From: Amoeboaphelidium protococcarum X5
Taxonomy: Eukaryota > Fungi > Aphelidiomycota
Reading direction: 5' to 3'
Assembly: GCA_023515725.1 (NCBI GenBank)
Contig: JALDTO010000212.1
Span: forward strand, 186,001 to 250,000
Length of the DNA stretch: 64,000 nucleotides
The position numbers were made by a program, and so were the translations under genes. The notes below the pieces were generated by a model. That model made no database searches, was not told the DNA's origin, and was given only the letters and a program-made list of their open reading frames with translations. Shown here piece after piece: positions 26,154-38,597 of this stretch (its first letter is position 1; each line of letters starts with the position of its first letter).

Positions 26154-26671
26154 GTCATAACCCCAATTTTTTGCTTGGCAGAAAATGGCTCGGACGAATC
26201 TCAAAATGTAGTCCCGCTTTGCCAAATCTAATTTTAACCGCTAAGGTCAAGTACTGTTGTTAAGCAAATTAACGTTAAGATCTTGACACAAGATATAGAC
26301 AGCCGCTTAATTGAGAAGTGACCAATGCGTCTATGAAACATCTAATGAAGTTAATCATCGGTTGATCAATAAACTATTTTATATTTTGATCAAGCGCAAT
26401 ACATTTTGTTAAATTTATATTACGCATTATTATACGTCGGCTCACGCTTACATGGTAGTTTTTGGTCGTGCGCAATTATATAGCTACACATCAAGGCTGA
26501 ATGTAGAGAGGTGTCATAGTAAAAGAGCCTTCTCATTATGGCCAACCTTCTACTTTGAATTGGGATGCCAACGCAAGTTTAAACATGCTCCTGATTGAAG
26601 AGTAATTTGCAGGGAGTGAGAAACGCCCACAGTGGAATTGACGCGGTTGAAGGCGCGCCTGACCTTTTCTG

Positions 26672-26699
26672 TAATTCGCTTAAAATGTGAAAAATACTG
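26672..26699 (-). repeat. Terminal inverted repeat (Fanzor 5' side)
   Basis: Minus strand CAGTATTTTTCACATTTTAAGCGAATTA, preceded by TA. Confidence 0.9.
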
Positions 26700-26821
26700 T
26701 AATATTCTCGCGCGAATGAAGAAAAACTCGAAAAGTCCACTCAACTGAAGGAGAACCAAGATAGTGCATGAAAACTGTATATTTTTTAATTTCAAACGGC
26801 GCATTAAAGTAAAAGTCAGGT

Positions 26822-27938
26822 TCAAACAAGCATCGGATTCTTCTTGCCAGGATCCACGCCAAAAACTTGAGCACCCTCCATCCTTTCAGCGAGGTTCTAA
26901 GCGTCAGTGAGATAGACAGCATCATACAGCTTCCCAAACACGTCGGTTTATCTCTTACTTTCCATATCCCTCTTCATATTAGCGTATTGCCACGGCCTAT
27001 CCTTGACGTTGACAGCAATCGAACAGCCGCATCCATCAGAAAGCAGCGTGACTTCGTCCACATCAGCCGCAATTTTCCAAAGTCTGGTTTTCTTCAGATT
27101 GATGGTTAATTATGGACTTCACGGAACACGCAGAGAGAGAGAGAGATTAGATGCCAGAGTAGTACAAGACGTTCTTGTCCACTTACTCATATCGTGGGAC
27201 ATCAGCACCCATAGGAAAGATGCTGAAGGAGGGCACCTCAAGCCATTTTGTCGCATCAGATTCCTCCTAATGATCTTGATCATCGGCATCGTGTTCCGCA
27301 GATAATGAAACTTTAACCTAGCGATCCAAAAGCAGCACCTACGGGTGATCCAACTGAAGCGCCTCGCTTGGATTGTCAAATTTAAGAGCATTCAGCAGCG
27401 CAATGTAGAGTGTCAGCTTGCGCCCAGTGATACCAAGTGGCTCTAGCTAGGCCTGTAAGATGAGTTTCTGATACACAAACAGCGTAGTAGTCAGATGCCA
27501 TCTTACAGTTTGCATAACGCGTCTAGCATCAAATTCATACAGGTTGGGATTGGGTCCAGCCAAAGACGCATGATGTGATTATTCCAGGACAGCAGGGCCT
27601 AACGCATCACCAAGTAACTGGGTGTGGAAACTTTGACGATCATGCGGAAACTATGGATTGCAGAGGAACTCAAGCATGGACGCTACGTATTCCTGGTGAG
27701 ACAGGTCGGGCAATCTTATGCCTTCTTCATGCCAAACATTGAGACAGATGTACAGGAGTCGTTAAGCCGAGGACAGAGAGGTGGAGCAGATTTTGATGTA
27801 GGCGATTAAGGCAGACTTATCGAAAGCATCAAGCTCTATCGCATTGTTGAGCTTTCATGCGTAATAAATATGCATGTTCATACCGACACACTTTTGATTT
27901 GTGAGCCTGGTCAGACCCATGCAGTATTCTGAAGCCAT
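26822..27938 (-). pseudogene. Second, divergent Fanzor1 fragment truncated just after RuvC-I
   Basis: LPDLS, FSIFPM, LLSDGCGCSI (27032), VFGVDPGKKN (26846-26860), then TGA. Also a TGA at 27855 and a frameshift near the (CT)n run at ~27135. Confidence 0.75.
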
Positions 27939-28605
27939 TTGTAACAAAGCGCCTGGGTTACCTCTTTTTGGTTCATTATTCGTTCAAAGGCCGCCTGACG
28001 TAAATCTTAGATTGTCGTTACTCTCTAAATTTACTAACAACAATCTAAGTACTTCTAAGTACTTGTTAAATCGCTGTTCATCATGGAAGACTTTGGATTT
28101 AAATATAGCATGGCATTATTTGCAAGTTTTAATCTAAGCCGATTTTTCAATGTTTGACAACAAACAATGGCAGCAATTTGTACACATTTTAACGTACCGC
28201 AAGCATAATAACGGTAGCCTTTTTACGCAAGTTGCTTCAGCATCGATTTGCAATACACTTTCTTGGTTCCGCGATAATCGACAATCTTGGGCGGAGGATG
28301 ATAGAACCAACTGGCGTCTGATCCACATTGTTGTGAATATATAGGTCTAAAAACTAATGGTGATCGATCACAACTTTCGTGAAGAACACGAACATTTTGT
28401 CAGCCTTATTATCAAGCATATCGCTAATAGTAGATGTCGAATAACGTGCATCGACGTGATACGTTAGGTAGAATGGATAACTAGGCCAGCAACATCAAAG
28501 GTCCGGACTGAGGGCGGTAAAAAGTTGGAATTGAAACGTGTGGCCGCGTTCTCCGATTTTTCCTAAAAAATTTGTGTGCTCATATACTGCTGTAAATTCA
28601 ATACA

Positions 28606-29186
28606 ATGGCTCAAGTAGATGAATTACCCACAGATGGAAGATAGGATGAGACTTTGGAGATTATTAAGAAGCAGAAGCGGATATTTACACATTCAATGCG
28701 CAAGGCGTGTTGGAAAAAGGTAATTATATGCGATGCAGCATATTTATTTACTACACACATGTAACAGTACAGTAGGCTCAGACAGTGATGGGAAGAGATC
28801 CTTAACGTTGGCGCTATGACGCTGCAGGGAACCTGGTGTGTCGTGCATTGACCAACTGTCCCGGGGTACTTTGTCATGAATTTGATCACATAGTGCCGTA
28901 CAGTAAAGGAGGCGCCACATCTGTGGAAAATTGTCAGATTCTGTAAACACGGGTGAATCGTCTTAAACGGGACTATGTGGATCAAGACCGCGATCTTCTT
29001 ACTCAGCACAGTATCAAACACTCATTTTCCGACTATGACATGGATATCATAGAGATTGCACTCTGGGGTGATGTCAAACGATAATTTCAAGGATTCCCGG
29101 ATATCATGCTCATGTGCGCCGTCAAGTCTGAAGACGTAAATACTGTGAAATGTGAAGACTATGTCAAACAATAAAAGTAGCTTTGA
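28606..29186 (+). CDS. HNH endonuclease, plant/algal-type family; intron 28720-28775
   Basis: RIFTHSMRKACWKK/AQTVMGRDPQRWRYDAAGNLV, LCHEFDHIVPYSKGGATSVENCQILQTRVNRLK, DIIEIALWGDV. Intact in table 6, absent from the ORF track. Confidence 0.9.
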
Positions 29187-29437
29187 TAGGTGGAAAGGTT
29201 ATCTATCGTATTTTCTATTAGGTTGACAGTCATTGTTCCGTTGTTACCCGAAATAGATCGAGGCTGACTTTTAAGAAATCTCTCGACGTTGCCATGTTAC
29301 AATGTTGTTTTCCCCTACTAGAACATACAACGAATCGAGTTGTTGTTTCAAGTCTTTCGTTTGATCAATCAATCTTTTCGCTGCGACAACAACAACGGAA
29401 AACAATCTATCTAGATCTATTTAGCCGATATATAGCA

Positions 29438-30631
29438 ATGGTCTGCGCAACAACACCGTCACCTCAGTCAGAGACCAGAGTAATTCGTCTATCACACTAG
29501 ACAACCTCTTCGAGTGGTCCTGTCCGTATAGCGAGAAGAATAGAAACTATTCATCATCCTCCTGCGAGTGGATTATCATCGGCTGTTATTGGCGAGGGTA
29601 GAGATGCCGGTAACAATACAACTACCAGTGGTTCCTCTTCTAGCCGAATAATGTCAAGAATTAATAATGGCGATATCAGTTGGCTCACTGGTAGATCATT
29701 TGGCAATCGAAACACTAATCGATAGGCATCGCTAGATGATTATGGGATTAGATCTAATGGTAGAAGTTAATCAAATGACTTTATGAGACTCAGCGAGCGT
29801 TAAAAGAGAAGATTAAATGGACATGTGGTGCACACTCTGCTGCATCCGTAAGGCTCTTGTAAAACTTAATAAAGCTCGTTGGTACTTGATATGCAATTTG
29901 GTGCTCAGTAACATCCGCGTACTACCAGCAGATAAAATCCTCTGTTATCGCTTAATGAGGGAGAAGGCGAGGATCATTTCGATGTCGACCAAGAAGGCGA
30001 TTATTATGATGATGTTCAGCTTGGTGATGAAGATGACGACGACGACGATGAGAGCGATTTAGTTGATGGAGTCAATGGTGGAGTGGAGGACACTGTTGAT
30101 ATACCATTATTGCGTACACAGCAAAGTTTCGCCGCAAGACCTGGTGTCATTGATAACCGTTTGCGCTCTTCTGGCACATCTATCCCTGTAAATATCATTA
30201 GAGACAACTCTGTTTAGAATGGCAGTCAACAATAGTTATCTAACGAGTCTTACATTACAAGATTTCGCCGCATCAGAGATTTGCTGGATCAATCTCATGC
30301 CAATTAGTTTTCTGATAGAAATGGTGTAAATTTGAATTAAGAATCTGCGGTGGTAAATTCGCAAAGATCTGGATAATATGATATTCTGAACATGATGGAG
30401 TAAGATGGCCTGAATTCTGATGGTTAGACGCGCCATGGTCAAGATCGAATGACTAGATTGTTGAGACGTATTTCAAGCATCAGGAATGCACGCTAGTAAT
30501 AGCAGTAATCATCCTCTATAAGACAAACACCTGTTAATTAGCAGGAAGAGACAATGCTGACGCGTTCATACACTGTAAGAGGCGGCTCTCAATCTACCGG
30601 GACATCCACCTCAGATAGACCCCAATGTTGA
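29438..30631 (+). CDS. Hypothetical intrinsically disordered S/R/D/Q-rich protein
   Basis: 397-aa table-6 ORF from ATG to TGA with a poly-Asp tract. Confidence 0.6.
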
Positions 30632-30885
30632 TCACGATACAGCAATTGATGTATTTATATAAAAACTAGATTGTTTTCTTAAATTTAATTTCTCTAACTA
30701 TTTTTATAGTTTAATTCTACTGACCACAGGAAAGTTAGTTTCCTTAATACTGCCCATTTAGAGTTTCCTACACTTCGAATTGCTAAGACTTTTCTGTGAC
30801 ACTTTTCCTGCGAGCGTCGCTGATATCTTTTTGGCTGCGTTAAAACGACGCTCTTTCCGCATAAATTCATTCATTCCACACGGTA

Positions 30886-33339
30886 ATGCATACAGAGCAG
30901 TTGCAAATGGAAAGCGGCACCGTGGACACTAATGGTGATCATCCTGAAGAGAGAGTATTATTATTATCTCTGTAAATGGCGCAACAAATATTCACTGATG
31001 AATTTATGCGGTGTTTTAATTTCTCACCAGAGGAACGTAATGCTATCACGCAGCGAATTCTCGTATCAGAAGACTCGTTGAAAAATTTCGTATTGGCTGC
31101 AAAGTCAAAGTTACAATCTACTACTCGGTAGCAACTCTAATAGTCATCATCGTCATTATCATCACCTACAATGAGAAGGTCAAGTGGTAAATAGAGAAGC
31201 CGGGCTCGTGTGGAAATTAATAATAATAATTATCAATAGTTAGACGATCTGCAACTCAAGATTTTGAATGTGCTGTTTGAACTCGATACATTTCAATCTC
31301 TCCGTCTGGACAGCATATATTACACTTTTGAGGATTATTATGAGCTCTTTGGATCATAGCAAGTTCATAATGATAATAGTTAATTCAGATAGAGTGGTGG
31401 TGCTACTTGCAAACGGAGTTACAGTGATTAAAATGGACATTTTGATAATCAGAGTGAATCGTATAGTAATAGTGACAATCCGTATAATTTAGAAGTTGAT
31501 TAAAAGAAGCGGCATTTAATTTAAAGGATATAGATGAGGCATAATTCTCTTAATATGGATAGAGTATAATAAATATTTGATAGTCTTAAGCCTAAAGAGA
31601 AAGAGTAGAAGCAGTAGACGTTTACTGAAGTTGCGCTTAAAGTTTTGGATGAACTCAAAGCATATAGAGAGCACTCGTTCCCCTTCCTCACTAAAGTCAA
31701 TAAGAGGGAGGCTCCAGATTATTATGACATTATCAAGTAGCCCATGGATCTGGGCACCATCACCAAGAAGGTGAAGTAGATGGTTTATATTAGTAAGGCT
31801 GAATTCGTAGCGGATCTAGAGCTCATATGGTCTAACTGTCTATACTATAACAGTGATCCTCGATCTATATACCGCGTTCATGCCACTGAAATGAAAGATA
31901 AATGCGATACGTTAGTGGTTAAAGTGCCAGAAATTAATTTAAAGCCTTTACTGTAGCAGCAATAGTCTTTGCAGTATTAGTAAAAGCAGTTTTAGTAATC
32001 AATGTCATCAATGAATGGTGGAAAGATGGATGAAGCTGCCTCAGTTGCCAGTGCTAATCGAGGTACAGGCAGCGTGGCGGCTGAGAGTGACGATGAGGAT
32101 GATGAAGATAATAATGGTGGCGGTGGTGGTGGCTCTGTCTCTGCAGGTAATGGCCAAGTTGCTATAGCTAGTTCTTTAAGCAGGTATGCTCGATCGAGCG
32201 ATTCCACCTCTTTGTAGCAGTATAATGTTATTGGTCTGGATTCCTATGATTAGCCGAATTGCTCTGTGCCTATAAAGTTGCTTTTCGCGTAAAAGTCTTT
32301 AATAACGTCTTTATAACGGGTGGATGAATAATATGGTAATCATTAATTAAGGTCTGCGTGTGGAATGATGGAATTTGCTTTCTAGGAGAAGCTATATAAA
32401 TGCCATGATTTAATGTGTCCAAGTTCTGGATCTGCATACTGCCCTGAACTTTAACATTTTGCCAACTCTATGTCAGAGGTACCATTGTTTTAACACCGTC
32501 AGGATCATGCTCTCTTAGCATCATCAGCAGATTATACTAGGCGATCATGGATGCTTCCTGAACGCACGGCGCGTCAGTATAGTTATATTCTATCGTTGCG
32601 CAATGAATGTGGAGATTTGCAAGAGTAAATTATATCTCGAGTGAGAGAAGGTACTCCTACTACTCCTCCTTCTCATTAGAACAGGCGGTATAATATTGTT
32701 CAGCAGCATTTCGATCTCTCTAAAAGCATGGCTCTGGTCAGTCTTTTGTGTGGATTCACTGGCATTCAATCCTCGTGTTAATAGGTACTTAAAGACTTGT
32801 ATTGCCAATTTGTGCGGTCCATTGCTAGAGTATTTAAAGAGTATAGCGATTCATATGGTAGATAGTTTGGTGCATATGATTTATTGGCACTTACGATCCG
32901 CTCATAATCAGGATCGACTGCTCGAGAACTTTTAGAATTTGTCTCTCTGCCGGAATCGCTAATTAATCGGTATCAATCTTCTAGGGAGGCGTTGCAGCAT
33001 AAATTATATAGTCTCGCTCAGTCTTAGAGCTTGGACGAACATGGTCGCGTGGATATAGTTGACGATTTGCGAAGGCGGTTGAATATCGGTGAAGATTAAG
33101 CGGAGGGATAAAATTCTGTTGGCGCACCATCGTCATAATAATCCTATCCAGCGTCTACACTGAATGTTCTCTCCACTACTGATTAGATCATTGGTCTTGC
33201 CCGGCCGTATTTCTAATAAAAATTAGCTGCAGCTGCCATGTCCACCTCAGGCACTCTTATAGACGATGAGACATTTGAGAAGAAGCGGAAGAAGAAGAGG
33301 TCTCCAGCACGTCCCAAATCGCGTCTTAAATAATAGTGA
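30886..33339 (+). CDS. SPT7: SAGA subunit Spt7-like bromodomain protein (alternative ATG 30907)
   Basis: [34 protein letters not shown]...[13 protein letters not shown], plus a C-terminal histone-fold-like region. Confidence 0.82.
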
Positions 33340-33676
33340 TGATGTCTCTAGTATAAATTGCTCCTCTGACATTAATTGAATCCATCATTATATATGTGAA
33401 CTTTATATATTGATGTATATGTATACAATATTGCTGCTATATTCCCGAATGTATATATATTTTGTACCTTTTCCGTTACACTATGGTTTTTGTGTTGTTG
33501 AAACGCGTCGTTTTTCTCGCTCACTTCCCATGTGTTGTAAAAACTGCTTTTCCTTTCAATGTTCTTTTAAGCCTTTCCCTTTTCTTCGTTAAAGCTCTTT
33601 GTACGTGGACATATTTAACTCCATTATTATTTGAAGACCACGGCTGATTTGTAGTTGTGTTGAGCCTGTTAGAATT

Positions 33677-36600
33677 ATGCAAATAGTACATCAGGAAGTA
33701 TTTGGTCCAACTGGAGTTAATTTGTCCATTTCGGCTTACTTTACTGGAGTAAGGAAATAGGATTTGATAGTGGTCAAGAGCAACGTTCTAACTATATATC
33801 ATCTATGTGATAATAGTAATATTGCTAGTAGTGCCTCTACTGATCATGTTAATTAAGGTCATCGACTGGTACATTATTACTCTGAAAATTTTCTTTAGAA
33901 TATCAGTGATATCAAAGCAGTCAGGAATTAGATAACTCCATGTGATTTATTACTGGTATGCTTTGCAGATGCTAAATTGTCTATTCTGGCTTGGGATTCT
34001 AATTAATTTAAGGCGGAAACTGTATCGCTGCACTTCTTTGAGGATGAGGTGATGCGCAGTGCTTTTGGTATTAAAGTGGCTCCCAGTATACGCGTCGATT
34101 AGCATTAATATCCACGATGTGCTGTTATTCGAATGGCTGGCGATCTGTTGGCTTTTATACCTTTTAAAGATGGTAAATTATCAGCTCCGTAATCTAGCAC
34201 CTTCAATAGTAACAATAACAAAAGTTTAAATAATAACATCATTAATAATCTTACGCATCCGTCCTTTGTGGTGCAGGGTAGAGATATTGATCATAGGATT
34301 GTGAATATTGTAGACTTTGTATTCATGCCCGGCTATCAGTAGCCTACTATTGCCGTGCTCTGCTAGCCTGTACCTACATGGTCTGGTAGTTTGAATAAGG
34401 TGCGCGATAACTCTATAGTAATCCTGGTATCTGTTGATCTGCAGTAGAAATCGTTCTCTGTCATTGGATCGTGTCAAGGCCTCCCATTTGATTTGTATAA
34501 AATTTTGGACTGCGGACATTAATCACTTGGAGGTGCTTTGTGTCTCGGTGTTAATGAATTGGTTTATATTGACAGTAATTTCAAGGCTGTTGGTGTGTCA
34601 ATGAATGGGTTCAGTCGGATCACTTCGAAACTTTCAATGATTGATTACTCTTATTTAAAGTTGGATTTGGACTTTGCCTGTGCCGTGATGATATCTTCTT
34701 CTAATCGCGCCCTTATCTCCCTCAAAGATGGTAATCTGATTATGGTTACATTTGTTAATGATGGTGGTATCAGAGGTGGTATTAGCAAGATTGAAGTGTA
34801 AAATATTGGTCGCACAGTAGAGTTTGTCAATTCGATGACGCTTTACCAGGACAATTTTCTATTCATTGGCTCATGTAATACTAAATCTTTATTGTTGCGT
34901 CTTTCTGGAAAGCTGGTTAGTATTAAATCTGCTTAACGAGGTAGTGATGGCAATGTATAATCTAGTTCTGCTGTGTAAAACATTAATGCCGATATGGATC
35001 TGGATGATTTAGACGCCCTTCTTGGACTAGATTAAGATGATGATGATGTTAATGCAGCTACGGGTGACCCATCTTTGTAGGATACTTAATAATAGAATGC
35101 TAACGATCTGCAGTCTCCTTCCTCATCTTCGCTGCCAGACTTGCCCGATGATTAATGGTATTAGATCGTGGATGAGATTCCTTGTTTATCCATGAGCAAG
35201 AAATTTGCAATTGGTGAATCCCTGGATGGAGTGTACTTGAATGATTTGAATCCAAGCGTGGATAAGCCTTTAGAATTTGTTGTGTGTAATGGAGTTGGGC
35301 GACACAGTTCTTTGTCTATTTTGAGAGAGAACCTTGTGCCAATTATGAGCAATTCTTATGATATTAAAATGTCCATGATGTAGATGTGGAATATAAATTC
35401 CTCTTCTGCTTTATATAATAACGATTAGAAATGCTTGTTGTTTGCCTCTGTGTAAACTGCTGATGCTAATAATGACATGAGGTATGGAACTATGATCTTG
35501 TAGTCATCTAGAGGTGAATTGCGAGAGGTTACGATGGAATTTAGTGCGTTCAAGACTTAAGATGCGCAAACTTTACATGTTGGCATTGTTAAACCGTCTA
35601 ATAATTCAAGGATGGCCCTGATTCAAGTCTGCAGTTAAGCGATGCTTGCGTATTCACTTGATGGTCGCCAGGTTCTTGCCCAACTGGACGTTAGTGATAT
35701 GAATGTTGTTAGCCATTAGAGTGATTATTCCATCATTAAAGCATTTACTTCCGATAGATTGTTATTTTGCTTGCTCAATAGCGGACATTTATTATGCTTT
35801 GATGTGGGCGATGATGACAAGTTCTATTAACGATGGTAAGTTACAGATGTGGATGCCGCTTGTTTATATTCATCCACTGATCAAACAAGGTGTCACATTG
35901 TGGCTATATGTGGTACAGCTATTGTATTTCTTGAGATCGAGTCTGGATAGAATGTGAAGTCTTTTGCTGGAGTAGATTCCAGGATAATGCGTCTTATAGA
36001 TAAAGCGTAATCTGATTAGCGTCTATCTGATGATGATAAGATCCAAGAGGTAATGTCCTTTGAGACGAGCCGTGGCTCTTAGATTATCTTGTTATTAAAT
36101 GGAAGACATCACCTGATGGTATATCAATAGTTTAATAACCACAAGAATACATTTTGCGGATTCAAAAAAATTCGAACCATTCTGTCTCCTCCTTGCTATG
36201 ATGATAGAGCGGAACAGCGGCAGCTTTATGCGTTCACCTAGATCCGAGGATTATAATCATCGATTGGCGCGTTCTATCATGGCGTATTTGTAGCCGGCAA
36301 GATGCCTCATTTCGTGTACTATAACGACAGAGAAGAGCTTATCGTTCGCCCAATGGCTTTGGATGGTCCGGTTTCGAGTTTCTCATAGCTATCAAGCACA
36401 ACTCAACTTGATGGATTTGTCTACTTTAATTCTCAGAATCAATTGAGAGTTTGTGATTGTGAAGATGGATTTGATCTATCGCTCCGGTGGCCATAGAAGG
36501 TCATACCTCTTAATGATTCGACGTCCGATGATACTCCTCTCTAAGCGTCAGACCTCCTCTACTTGCGCCACTCACAAAAGTATTGTCTGGTTGCGTATAA

Positions 36601-37834
36601 AGATGTAGAGTTCAATGCGCCGAAAGAGGAAGTAGTCCCCCCTAGAGCGGATAAGAAGGATCTCAATGATGTCGATGCGGTTTTTGACCAGAAAGAAGTG
36701 ACCAACATCAAAGCTGAGCCCAAGTAGTTTCTGCCTATGTAGAGAAGTTTCAGCATTAGGCTCATGTCTTCAGTGACATGGCAGAGTGTTGATAGCTTTG
36801 CGTTTGAAGAACATGAGTAGGTGACAGCTGCGTGCTATGCTGATCTTACTGTTAAAGTCAGTGGACTGGAGCAGTTAAGAACTTACCTCATTATAGGCAC
36901 CATGTATGTATTGGGAGAAGATCATTATGCCAAAGGTAAGGTGCATATATTTGAAATTGTTCAAGTTATCCCTGAGGCGAATCGTCCAGAGACTAATCAC
37001 AAACTCAAGCATGTGATTAGCGAAGAGGTTAAAGGTGGTCCCGTCACGGCTCTCTGTGTGTTGGAAGGGAATCTATGTGTCGCCATTAGTTCTAAAGTCA
37101 TGATGTTCTCATTTGAAAATATGCAGAACTTGCTTGGTATTGCCTTCTATGAGACAACCACATACATTACCAGCATGAAGGCACTCAAAAGTTTCCTTAT
37201 CGTCGGCGATGTGCAGAATAGCGTATGGTTCTTTGTGTACTAAGAAGAACCTTCGAAACTAGCAGTTCTGGGTAGAGATTACCACAAATTCGCGGTGGTG
37301 GATCTCCAGTTCATGGCAGACTAGAGCCGTTTGGGATTCTTGTGTGGTGACGATGTTGGAAACATGCAAGTCCTGACTTATGCGCCGTAAAACTTGGCAT
37401 CCCTTGGTGGAATGAAGTTATTGCGCGCTGCTGATTACAAAGGATGCATCCTGGCACAGTTGGAGCGTGTCGGTAAGCGATCATGTTAGTAAGAACATGG
37501 ATGCCTCTATCTTACCGTGGATGGTCGTATGGGATACTTCTGGCCGGTCAATGAGTAGTCGTTCCGTAGAATGGCCAGTGTTGCAAATTAGATGCAGAAT
37601 ACCACGAAATTTCCTGGTGGATTAAATCCTAAATGGACTCATGCTTTCGATCCTTGGGATAAGCAATTTGGACAGCCTGTTCGAAATGTTTTGAACGTGA
37701 CTGATCTTGTATTTGATCGTGTGCTGAACAGTTCACATCGCGTACAACAAAACTGGGCAAGAAATAGATCTGTAAATTTGGAAAAATTATACAAGGATTT
37801 ATTTAGCTTGTAGAGCGATGCCAAATTGTCATGA
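33677..37834 (+). CDS. CPSF1: Cleavage and polyadenylation specificity factor 160 kDa subunit (Cft1/CPSF1)
   Basis: 1385 aa. FADAKLS, TVSLHFFEDE, EVKGGPVTALC, IVGDVQNSVWF, YQEEPSKL, LGRDY, GGLNPK. Confidence 0.93.
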
Positions 37835-37843
37835 ACTATGATC

Positions 37844-38586
37844 TCATGCCTTATGGCTTGTCTAAATAGAGAAGTAGTTTTCGATTTGCTTTTACTTTTG
37901 TTGACGTTCAGCTTCTTCCAGCGGGACTTTGAAGCCGTAATAGTCAATTTCATTCAAATTTACGCTTGCTGAATCCAAGATTAACATTTGCAGTTCTCTG
38001 TTATCAACAACATACTCTTAACTTTGTGATTATGTATTCGCATTCGATTGTATGATGTGTTTATCTTTCAAACTTTATCCAAATCGCCATTTATACAGCA
38101 CTAGTAGATCTTGACTCTCCAAAACTTTGCAATACTCGTCAGACTCCGTTTAGTCAGCATCAGGCCGCACCACGAAACCAAACAATTCCTATATAGATAG
38201 ACATAACGCGTAACATTTAGTAAATTTAAATTAATAGTAGCCTACTTTGAGTCGCGTATTAATCGATTATCTAAAAGACTAGTGAAAAGATTCCTGTAGA
38301 TACAAAGTCAGACGCACCAACCTTTGTGTGCCATCGATAAGATAGTGTACACTCGAGTTCAATCTCTCCATTTATGGCGCGTTTCAATAGCAAGAGAGAA
38401 CGATGCCTACAGTATTCCTCATAACAGTTTTATAAACGACGTGATTTGGTTTCATCTCTCAGAAAGTGTCGCCCCTGTTGAAAGCTATTGTAGTTCGATG
38501 CCGATTGCAAAATTGTTGTAATTGTTTCGCCTTCTATCTTGGTTAGGCCTTTGAATTTAATTTCGGTTCTTAACTACTGTTAGCAT
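37844..38586 (-). CDS. Possible small spliced hypothetical gene (exon structure unresolved)
   Basis: Two long TGA-free table-6 frames (from ATG 38586, and ending at TGA 37844) with candidate GT-AG sites between them. I could not fix one consistent splice model. Confidence 0.3.
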
Positions 38587-38597
38587 TAGAGTTATCA

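Larger units (their letters stand above)
23951..26699 (-). mobile_element. Non-autonomous TIR DNA transposon (Tc1/mariner/pogo-type ends, TA TSD) carrying Fanzor1
   Basis: 28-bp TIRs at 23951-23978 and 26672-26699 (25/28 identical), each flanked by TA (23949-50, 26700-01). Internal Fanzor ORF, no recognisable transposase. Confidence 0.9.

Noticed and set aside
26260-26312. Short TTAAGCAAATTA and CGCTTAATT matches to the TIR as the element boundary
   Set aside because: Only 9-12 bp of AT-rich similarity. The true TIR partner is at 26672-26699. These are at most sub-terminal motifs.
26102-26671. Transposase remnant in the 5' part of the element
   Set aside because: Only short ORFs, with no DDE/D or HTH motif recognisable.
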